From Archangium sp. (GTDB lineage Bacteria > Myxococcota > Myxococcia > Myxococcales > Myxococcaceae), in NCBI GenBank assembly GCA_031367385.1, contig JANLPS010000422.1, positions 1 through 18,325 of the forward strand: a stretch of 18,325 bases of DNA, read 5' to 3'. Below are positions 7,635 through 15,054 of this stretch, piece after piece. The notes beneath the pieces were generated by a model, which did no database searches, had not been told where the DNA came from, and was given only the letters and a program-made list of their open reading frames with translations. Each line of letters starts with the position of its first letter. The stretch's first letter is position 1. Made by a program: the position numbers and the translations under genes.

Positions 7635-7674
7635 CGCCCGCGTGGCGCGGCCGCGCGGTCTGAATCTTCGACGC

Positions 7675-9069
7675 TCACCGAGCAGCGCTCGAAGCTGCCG
7701 CCTTCAGGGCCGCTACTGCCTTGTGAAAGTCGAGCAAGGCGTCGACTTCACGCAAGCGCGCTTCTGCGCTGGCTTGTTCTCTGAGGTTGACGAAGAGCAA
7801 ATTCGATTCACCGAGCTCAAAACGCGTTTGCTCGCCCTGTTCGAGCTGGGTGGCGAGCTCGATTTCTTGCCGAATCAAGGCGACCCGCAATTGCGCCGCG
7901 TGAATCGCAGAGAGGGCATCTGTGGCCTCGAGCAGAACACGTTCGCGCGCCAACTTGAGCTGAGCCTCGAGCTTGCTCGTCACCGCCTGGGCGGCCCGAA
8001 GCCGGCCGAGCGGCCCGCGGTACAGCAACGGTACATCGAGCAACAACGAGAACTCGACCTCCGTCTTGCCCAACGGGTCGTATTTGGCCCCTGGTGAGCG
8101 CCCCACGTCTTGAGACACCGTGGCCGTGAAGTCGAGCGCAGGGAGCAATTGGTTGCGCAGAAACCCAAGCTCGACGTCTTGCTGCTTCATTTGCCCACTC
8201 AGTCGCTGAACTTCAGGTCGACGCTCGACGGCGAGGTCGAGGTCGAACGATGGCACAAGGCCATCATCAGGGTCTGGCAAGGCCGCTGGCAGGCGGGCTT
8301 CGTGTACGAGCGAGGGCTTGGCTTCGTCATCGCGAACGAACAGTGAGAGCTCGAGTGCGGCCTGCTCGAGCCCACGCTGGGCCTGCACCCACAAGGCCTG
8401 TCGTTGCATGAGCGCCCGCTGGTTGTCTTTTTGTTCGAAGAGGGGCACGTCACCGGCGCTCGCCCGCGCTGACAACTGCTCGTCGCGACGCTGGGCGATC
8501 TTGAGGAGCGTACCGGCGATCTCGCGGCGGTGGCCCGCGGCGACCCAGTCCCAGTAACGAGAACTCGCCAAGCGGGTGATCTCAATTCGCTGCTGCTCGA
8601 CGCCCTGGCCGGCCAGCTGGTGGCCAAGCTCGGCGCGCCGAATCGAGGCACGCCGCCGGTCGATTGGCCCGTTTCGCAACAGCGGTATCGCCGCTCCCGC
8701 GCGAAGCTCTCCGCCCGTCCACGTCGTTCGCTCGCCGTAATAGTCCTGAATGAGCCCAGCGCCGAGCCGATAGCCGGCAAAGAGGCTGGTGCCCCACAGC
8801 GGCGTCGGCACCTCGACCGCGGCGTCAATTCGGGTTTGTGGGTAACCGGAGATGGGTACGACCCAGGCTCGGGCGCGGAGGCTCGGGTCGAAGATACCGT
8901 TCGCCGCTTGGAGCTCGCCCTCAGCCGCGTCGACCTCGCTGCGAGCGGCCACCAGCGAGGGAAAAAGTGCCTCTGCGGAGGCCAGCACTTCAGCGAGCGA
9001 AAGCGGGCCCGTTCTCGGCAGCGGCGTTTGCGAGGGGTTCAGAGAAGCCAGCATCAGCGCAAGCAGCAT
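7675..9069 (-). CDS. TolC-family outer membrane efflux protein
   Basis: Short signal peptide MLLALMLAS, LSLAEVL…P start, YWDWVAAG, RRPEV, LLPALDF, a C-terminal RFELGESNLLFVNLREQ and helical repeats. The ATG at 9069 overlaps the HlyD stop (TGATG). Confidence 0.88.
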   Translation of the reverse strand: MLLALMLASLNPSQTPLPRTGPLSLAEVLASAEALFPSLVAARSEVDAAEGELQAANGIFDPSLRARAWVVPISGYPQTRIDAAVEVPTPLWGTSLFAGYRLGAGLIQDYYGERTTWTGGELRAGAAIPLLRNGPIDRRRASIRRAELGHQLAGQGVEQQRIEITRLASSRYWDWVAAGHRREIAGTLLKIAQRRDEQLSARASAGDVPLFEQKDNQRALMQRQALWVQAQRGLEQAALELSLFVRDDEAKPSLVHEARLPAALPDPDDGLVPSFDLDLAVERRPEVQRLSGQMKQQDVELGFLRNQLLPALDFTATVSQDVGRSPGAKYDPLGKTEVEFSLLLDVPLLYRGPLGRLRAAQAVTSKLEAQLKLARERVLLEATDALSAIHAAQLRVALIRQEIELATQLEQGEQTRFELGESNLLFVNLREQASAEARLREVDALLDFHKAVAALKAAASSAAR

Positions 9070-10373
9070 CACTTGACCTTCTGGTCGGCCGAGAAACCGG
9101 GCTGCGGCTCTGCCGGCCGAACCACTGGAGGAAACCCATTGAACCTGCGCCACAGCTCGTAGCCGAGCCTGACCGTGTCGAGCAGCACCCAGCCGTTGGC
9201 TCTGACCCCCTGCCGCAGGTAGGTGCCGCTGGGCCATGCGTCGACGCCGTCAGGGCGAACCAAGACCCGAAACCTGCCTTTGCCATCGTCGCTGGAGTCG
9301 ATGAGTGCAACGGTGCCTCCGAACGAGCCGATCGCCACAGACGGCCAGCCTGAGAATTGAACTGCCGGCCAACCCTCGAACTGCAGCCGCACTGGCCGCC
9401 CCTCTGAGAGCAATGGCATGTCATTGCCATCAACCCAGAGCTCGACGGCGCGCTCAGCTGCGTCGGGCACCAAGATGAGCAGGGGCTCCCCGGCCTTGAC
9501 GAAAGAGTTGCCTTGGCCAATCGACACCCGAAGCACGGTGCCGTTGACCGGGGCCCTGATGTCCATTGTCTGTTGACGCGACAGTCGCACTTCGACTCGT
9601 GCCAATTCAGCGGCTGCGTTCGCCTCTTCTGACAACGCCGCGGCCTCTTGCGCGTGAGCATCGTCGATTGAGGCAGTCAGATCATGCTCGATGCGAAAGC
9701 GGTCGGCCTCGAGGGCGGCCTCCTCGCCCAGCGCCGCTTTCAGTGCCGCTTGCGCACGCTCAACCTCGGTGGCTGCGCGCACATCGTCGAGTTGGGCCAG
9801 CTCAAGAGTACGAACCGAGGTCAACCCGCTCCCGAGGAGCTTGGTTTGGCGCTCCAGGTTCGAGTGCGCGGTGACCGCTGCGGCCTGCGCGGCAGCGAGG
9901 GCCTGGCGAGTGGCGCTGCTTCGCTCTTGGGCCATGGTGATACGGCTCAGGGCTGCGCGCACACCTGCCCCGCGCGACAATTCGAGCGCCCGCTGACGGT
10001 TCTGAATCGATGAGGCGCGCAAGGCCGCCTGTTCTCGCCGGGCGACGCCCGCCTCTCGCTCGTCGGCCAATCTGCTCAGAATCTCTGGCGCGTTGTCACT
10101 GAGCTCAAGGAGCAGGTCTCCCGCCATCACCCGAGAGCCCTCGCGCACATGCCAGGTCGTCACCCGGCCTTCTATCGGGGCGTCGATTTCTTGTGGTCGT
10201 TCATTGGCAGAAACCGCCACGACGCGCCCTGACCCGGCGATGTTTTGCTGCCAAGGGGTGATGATCAACGTAAGCGCGAACAGCGCGCCCGACCCCGCGA
10301 GCAACCGCACGAAAACGCGGGTCGACCTGGGCGTTGGCACCAAGAGGGAGGCGGTTCGTTGGCCCAGCATCAT
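9069..10373 (-). CDS. HlyD-family membrane fusion / periplasmic adaptor protein
   Basis: N-terminal transmembrane segment, PWQQNIAGSGRV, lipoyl half-motifs IDAPIEGRV…VREGSRVMAGDLL and IRAPVNGTV, a long coiled coil, and VRLQFEGWPAVQFSGWP. The ATG at 10373 overlaps the ABC stop (ATGA). Confidence 0.9.
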   Translation of the reverse strand: MMLGQRTASLLVPTPRSTRVFVRLLAGSGALFALTLIITPWQQNIAGSGRVVAVSANERPQEIDAPIEGRVTTWHVREGSRVMAGDLLLELSDNAPEILSRLADEREAGVARREQAALRASSIQNRQRALELSRGAGVRAALSRITMAQERSSATRQALAAAQAAAVTAHSNLERQTKLLGSGLTSVRTLELAQLDDVRAATEVERAQAALKAALGEEAALEADRFRIEHDLTASIDDAHAQEAAALSEEANAAAELARVEVRLSRQQTMDIRAPVNGTVLRVSIGQGNSFVKAGEPLLILVPDAAERAVELWVDGNDMPLLSEGRPVRLQFEGWPAVQFSGWPSVAIGSFGGTVALIDSSDDGKGRFRVLVRPDGVDAWPSGTYLRQGVRANGWVLLDTVRLGYELWRRFNGFPPVVRPAEPQPGFSADQKVK

Positions 10374-12370
10374 GGCGTCTCTCGTCTCTGAGTAAGATCG
10401 CTCAGGTGTCGAACATCGTGGCAAGCGTTTCGAAGCTCAACCGCCGCGTCTGACACCAGGCAGACCAGGGTCCATCGGGCGGCGGGGTTCGTGAGGGCAG
10501 CCACACACTTGAGCCGGGTCACCGAATCGAGCACCTCCAGCGACTCGTTGATGACGATGAGGCGGGGTCGACCAGCGATCGCCCGCGCCACCAACAGCTG
10601 AACGACGTTCGCCTGGCTCAACGTGAAGCCGGTCGAGAGCAGTGGCGCATCGAGCCCGTCGGGCAGCAGGCGCACGGTCTCCAACAAGCCTACGGCGTCG
10701 AGTGCCGCTCGGGCCTCGAGGGCCGAAATGCTCTGCCGCCCCACGGCCACATTTTCGAGCACTGAGCCATCGAAGAGGTCTCCGCGCTGAATCAGACTGA
10801 CCTGTTCGCAGACCGCCGATGCCCGTGCTCGAGAAGTCTCGACGCCATTGAGCACCACCGAACCCGAGGAGGGCGCGCGCAACCCCGCGAGCCACTCCGC
10901 CAGTGGGTGGCCCAGCGCGCCGATGATCGCCAATCGGGCGCCCGGTGCCACCGTGAAAGACAATGGCAGGTACCCCTCGTGAGCGACGGCCTGAACCTCA
11001 ACGCTCAAGGGCCCCTCGAGGGGTATGGCCTCGACGAGGCTCTCGTCTTCGATGGGCACATCGAGCACGTGCCCCAACTTGTCGATTGAGGTCATCAAAT
11101 CGTAAGCGGCATCGAGCAACTTGCCGCTCTTGGCCAGGCCCGAGGTGATGGAGGCCACGATGAGCTCTGCGGCAATCAATTGGCCCAGCGTGAGCTCTCG
11201 CTGCACGACGAGCCACCCGCCCAGCCCGAGCAACGATGCGCTGGCGATGATTTGAAGGCCCAGGCCGCCGACCGTCTGCCCGAACACGACTCGAAAATGG
11301 CGACGTCGTGATTCAAGGTAGCGCCTGGTCAGGGCATCGGCCCGGTCGACCGCGAACTGGGCGCCCTCGGTGCCTCGAAAAATGGCCGTGACCGAGGCGA
11401 GTGTCTGAAGCCATGCCGCGACGCCATATTTGGCTTTGCTCTCGTCGATGCTGGTCGCCAACCCCAATCGCCATGGCGTGACGACCACAAGCCCGATGAA
11501 GACCACCAACACCAGGGCGAAACCCAGCAGCGCAGGGTGATAGAAGGCCAACACGAGCACGCCGATGCCGACTTGCAAGACCGTCGCAATGCCATCGGTG
11601 AGCAACTGACTCGAAGTTTTCTGGAGCGTCACGACCTCGAAGAACCGGTTGACGGCCTCGGCGCCAAACGGGTGTTTGGTCAAACGCTTCACGCGAGGGA
11701 GTCGCCACGCCAGATCCATCGAGGCTCGAATGAAGAGCCGCTCCTGTATCAACTCGACGAGCTGGGTCTGCAGCGCCCTGAAGAGGCCCTGAAAAGTCAG
11801 CGCTGCCAGCAAGATCATCGACAACACGAAGATCGGTTGAAGGAGCGTGCCAAAGGCCACCGAACCGACGAGCGCCTGCACAGCGAGCGGCGTCGCGAGG
11901 GTCAGCAAGCCGACCACTGCCGCATAGGCGACGATGACAGCGAGGTCATCGCGCTCGAGGCGGAGCAGCGCCCACAGCCGTTGAGCGGGTCGCGGCTGGT
12001 GCGAAAGGGCCTCGAGCGGTGCGCTCGGCACGGCGGTGACCCACTCGGCATCAGCCCACGCATCGAGCACAGACCGTTGCAGCCACTGGCCTGGCTCTCC
12101 CGGTCGCTCGACCAACAGCGCCTCTCCGCGCTCCTCACGCACCAGAACGGGTGCCCACCCAGAGGCCGCGGTACCTGCGCTCGCTCGTGGCACTCCTCCG
12201 GCCTTCGCGTCATCAAGCAACAGACCACACGACGCCCCGGCGGCCCTGAGCGAAGGCAGGTCTCGAACGCTTTGTTGAACGTGAAGAGGGTCGAGCTCGA
12301 GCCGCAGCGCGCTGGCCAGCGCCTTGATGAGCCAGATCTTCGATTGTGCTTCTGACAAAGGCAGCGTCAT
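10370..12370 (-). CDS. Type I secretion-like ABC transporter (transmembrane plus nucleotide-binding domain) with degenerate ATPase motifs
   Basis: Six-helix ABC membrane domain (LLTLATPLAVQALV…, LTLGQLIAAELIV) and a nucleotide-binding fold (LFDGSVLENV, LPDGLDAPL, ARAIAGRPRLIV). Walker A reads GALGHP, the signature reads LSQAN and Walker B reads LIVINE. GAGG RBS upstream. Confidence 0.85.
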   Translation of the reverse strand: MTLPLSEAQSKIWLIKALASALRLELDPLHVQQSVRDLPSLRAAGASCGLLLDDAKAGGVPRASAGTAASGWAPVLVREERGEALLVERPGEPGQWLQRSVLDAWADAEWVTAVPSAPLEALSHQPRPAQRLWALLRLERDDLAVIVAYAAVVGLLTLATPLAVQALVGSVAFGTLLQPIFVLSMILLAALTFQGLFRALQTQLVELIQERLFIRASMDLAWRLPRVKRLTKHPFGAEAVNRFFEVVTLQKTSSQLLTDGIATVLQVGIGVLVLAFYHPALLGFALVLVVFIGLVVVTPWRLGLATSIDESKAKYGVAAWLQTLASVTAIFRGTEGAQFAVDRADALTRRYLESRRRHFRVVFGQTVGGLGLQIIASASLLGLGGWLVVQRELTLGQLIAAELIVASITSGLAKSGKLLDAAYDLMTSIDKLGHVLDVPIEDESLVEAIPLEGPLSVEVQAVAHEGYLPLSFTVAPGARLAIIGALGHPLAEWLAGLRAPSSGSVVLNGVETSRARASAVCEQVSLIQRGDLFDGSVLENVAVGRQSISALEARAALDAVGLLETVRLLPDGLDAPLLSTGFTLSQANVVQLLVARAIAGRPRLIVINESLEVLDSVTRLKCVAALTNPAARWTLVCLVSDAAVELRNACHDVRHLSDLTQRRETP

Positions 12371-12458
12371 GCGGCCTCAGAAGTAGGAGCCTCACTTGCT
12401 TTAGAAACTGAGAAAAAATCGATGACCATCTGAGAAAGCACGAATGTGCGCCCCCCGC

Positions 12459-13376
12459 TCACCGCGCGATTCGCTTCTCGCGCCCCATCGCAAGGAGCTC
12501 ACCTTCATCTCGGGAGAGGAGGCCCCGCAGCAGCGGGTGCGCAAAGGTGCGCTCAACGGTGATGGCGTAAAAGGTCTCAAAGAGACCAGGCACCACGCAG
12601 TGCTCATACAGCAGGCCCTGGCGGAGCTCGTCTCGAACGACGACCGATGGCACCAGCGCGAAGGCGGTCGAGTCTCTCGCGAGTAAGCGCATGGTCGCCA
12701 TGTCGTCGACCTCCGCGAGAATGCGGATTCGGACGCCGAGCTGTTCGCAGAGCGCCCCGAACTCGGAGCGAATTTCGCTTTCGGGCCCGGGGAGAATCAT
12801 GGCCGCATCGCCGATGCTGGCCGGAAACCGAAAGGCGCGGCGGCGGCTGGAGCCGACGATGCTGACCGGTTGCCGGGCGATGCGTCGACACCGGAGCAGG
12901 CGCCCTGGTTCGGGCGAGCAGGGCCGGTTCGCGAGCACGACATCGAGCGAATGGTCTTCGAGTCGTACGAGGAGCTCGTCGAGGCCTCCAGCCACCAGGC
13001 TGAACCGAACGTCAGGCAAAGCGAGGAGCGGCTTGATGAACGACTCCTGGAAGTTGCGAGAGAGCGTTGCGACGGCGCCCACCCGTAAGATCTGCTGCCG
13101 CGGCCGGCCAAGCTCAAGCGTCGAGAGCAGCTGGGCGCCCGCTCCAAAGATCTGCTCGGCGTAGGCGAGCGCCAGCTTGCCCGCCTCGGTGAGCGCGAGC
13201 CTGCGCCCTTCTCTGAGAAACAGCGCTGCGCCCAGCTGCCCCTCGAGTTGCCGAATTTGTGATGAGAGCGCCGACTGCGCGACCCGCAGCCTGGCCGCCG
13301 TTCGCGTGAGGTTGCCGTCTTTCGCGACGGCCCAGAAGTAGCGCAAGTGATGAAAGTTGAATTGGTCGAGGTTCAT
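12459..13376 (-). CDS. LysR-family transcriptional regulator, NhaR-like
   Basis: N-terminal helix-turn-helix FNFHHLRYFWAVAKDGNLTRTAARLRVAQSALSSQIRQLE, LFLREGRRLALTEAG, and EVDDMATMRLLAR; 305 aa; divergent from dabB. Confidence 0.93.
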   Translation of the reverse strand: MNLDQFNFHHLRYFWAVAKDGNLTRTAARLRVAQSALSSQIRQLEGQLGAALFLREGRRLALTEAGKLALAYAEQIFGAGAQLLSTLELGRPRQQILRVGAVATLSRNFQESFIKPLLALPDVRFSLVAGGLDELLVRLEDHSLDVVLANRPCSPEPGRLLRCRRIARQPVSIVGSSRRRAFRFPASIGDAAMILPGPESEIRSEFGALCEQLGVRIRILAEVDDMATMRLLARDSTAFALVPSVVVRDELRQGLLYEHCVVPGLFETFYAITVERTFAHPLLRGLLSRDEGELLAMGREKRIAR

Positions 13377-13379
13377 GGC

Positions 13380-13428
13380 TTCTTTAAAATAGAACGATAT
13401 CTGCTCATTAATGTGTTTTTAACGAACG
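13380..13428. promoter_or_regulatory. LysR-type binding sites in an AT-rich divergent promoter
   Basis: Dyad TTCT-N7-AGAA (13380-13394) contains T-N11-A. A second, imperfect T-N11-A site spans 13414-13426. GAACG recurs at 13392 and 13424, 32 bp apart. The 76-bp gap is much more AT-rich than its flanks. Confidence 0.65.
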
Positions 13429-13452
13429 CACAGCCCGCGTACACCTTCGCGA

Positions 13453-15054
13453 ATGAATACGCCCGAAGCGTTGTCGTTCGTTGTCAGTGCCTTGGCGCTC
13501 GCTATACCAACCACGTTCGCGGTGGCCGCATTCGCCTCGCCGCCTCGCCTCCTGAGTCGGCACGCTTCACTGGCTGGCGGCCTTGCGCTCTTGCTTTCGC
13601 TCGTCTTCACCCTCGCGGCGACCCTCGGTGGCGCCTGGGCGGCCGGGACCGTGAGAACTTTCGGGGTGCGTGTCGACACCGTGACGTGCGTGATGTTGAT
13701 GCTCGTGTGCGGCATCGGGTTGGTCATCGCCCGCTACTCTGAGCGGTCTTTGCTGGGCGACCCTGGGCTCGCGAGATACTCGCGATGGCTCTTGCTCACG
13801 CTCGGCACGGTGACCGTGCTGGTGATCGCGAACAACCTGCTCATCGTCGCAGCCTCGTGGACGGCGACGAGCCTCGCGCTGCATCAACTGCTGACCTTCT
13901 ACCCTGACCGTACCGCTGCGCTCGTTGCGGCCCACAAGAAGTTTCTCATCAGTCGGCTTGCAGATGTGTGTCTCTGGTCTTGCCTCGCCTTCATTCGGGT
14001 GAACGTGGGCAGCCTCGATCTCGACCGCATCGCCGACTGGGCGGCCGCGCACCCGGGTCTCACACCGTCGATGCACGTGGCGACCGTGCTCGTCGTCATC
14101 GCGGTGGTGCTCAAGTCTGCGCAGCTGCCTTTTCATGGGTGGCTGACGCAGGTGATGGAGGCCCCGACTCCGGTGTCTGCGCTGCTGCACGCCGGAGTCG
14201 TCAACATCGGCGGCTTCTTGATGATTCGCCTGGCCCCGCTGATGGTGCACGCTGCGCTGGCCCAGACGCTGCTGGTGATGATCGGGCTCGCCACGACGAT
14301 TCTGGCGGCCTTGGTCATGACCACGCGGGTCAGCGTCAAGGTGGCGCTCGCGTGGTCCACCTGCGCGCAGATGGGCTTCATGCTGGTTCAATGCGGTTTG
14401 TATGCGTGGCATCTGGCGTTGCTCCATCTCGTGGCGCACTCGCTTTACAAGGCGCATGCCTTTCTCAACTCGGGCACCGCCGTCGACGACTGGCGTCGCC
14501 AATCGGGAGCGAAACGTCAGGGCCCCCCGTCGTGGAGTCGCCTGTGCATCACGGCAGTGATGACAATCGTCGGAGCGCTCGTGGTCGTCAGAATTCTGCA
14601 GCGCCGGTTCGGGGGGCCACACGATTCGCTCTCGGTCGACGTGCTCGCCTTGATGGTCGGCCTCTCGTTCGTGCCGACATTCGCACGGCGGGGGGGCGCT
14701 GGGTCGACAGCGAGCCCCACCGTCATTGCCCGTGGCCTGTGTGTCTGCGCCCTCTATGTGGCTTGGCATGGGGTCGCCGCGCGACTTGTGCCTTCGCCTC
14801 CACTTGAAGCACCGAATGAGCTCGGGTGGGTTGTGGTCGGAGCGGGGTTCGTGGGTCTCTTCGCCGCCCAAATGATGCTCCAGCTGCACCCGCAGGGGCG
14901 CTTCTCGCGCACGCTCTACCCATGGTTGTTCGCGGGGCTGTACCTCGACGAATACTTCACACGGCTGACGTTTCGCCTGTGGCCGCCTCGACTCCCTCGA
15001 ACCGAAAACCTTCGCCCGATGGCCCGTCAGCAGGCCCTGGTGCCCTCACCATGA
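13453..15054 (+). CDS. dabB: DAB inorganic carbon transporter membrane subunit (NuoL/MrpA-like; DabB/MpsA)
   Basis: Highly hydrophobic; TSLALHQLLTFY, AHKKFLISRLAD, KSAQLPFHGWLTQVMEAPTPVSALLHAGVVN, STCAQMGFMLVQCG, HLVAHSLYKAHAFL and GLYLDE. Lies directly upstream of a DUF2309 gene. Confidence 0.9.
   Translation: MNTPEALSFVVSALALAIPTTFAVAAFASPPRLLSRHASLAGGLALLLSLVFTLAATLGGAWAAGTVRTFGVRVDTVTCVMLMLVCGIGLVIARYSERSLLGDPGLARYSRWLLLTLGTVTVLVIANNLLIVAASWTATSLALHQLLTFYPDRTAALVAAHKKFLISRLADVCLWSCLAFIRVNVGSLDLDRIADWAAAHPGLTPSMHVATVLVVIAVVLKSAQLPFHGWLTQVMEAPTPVSALLHAGVVNIGGFLMIRLAPLMVHAALAQTLLVMIGLATTILAALVMTTRVSVKVALAWSTCAQMGFMLVQCGLYAWHLALLHLVAHSLYKAHAFLNSGTAVDDWRRQSGAKRQGPPSWSRLCITAVMTIVGALVVVRILQRRFGGPHDSLSVDVLALMVGLSFVPTFARRGGAGSTASPTVIARGLCVCALYVAWHGVAARLVPSPPLEAPNELGWVVVGAGFVGLFAAQMMLQLHPQGRFSRTLYPWLFAGLYLDEYFTRLTFRLWPPRLPRTENLRPMARQQALVPSP

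Noticed and set aside
7645..7656. 12-bp palindrome GCGCGGCCGCGC between convergent genes
   Set aside because: It is all G/C with no loop or U-tract, and is likely to arise by chance at this GC content.
10370..12370. ABC transporter as the peptidase-containing exporter for the radical SAM product
   Set aside because: It is more than 8 kb away behind unrelated genes. Its N-terminus lacks a recognisable C39 QxxxxDCG motif, the putative substrate has no double-glycine leader, and the ATPase motifs are degenerate.
14826..15050. Extended starts from the ORF track for dabA (14826), and likewise TolC (9237), HlyD (10424) and DUF6671 (17230)
   Set aside because: Each overlaps the upstream gene extensively. 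Internal ATGs at stop/start overlaps give family-typical N-termini.
13453..15054. Annotation as NADH dehydrogenase subunit L (nuoL) or Mrp antiporter subunit
   Set aside because: No other nuo or mrp genes are present, and it is coupled to a DUF2309 gene, which defines DabB/MpsA.
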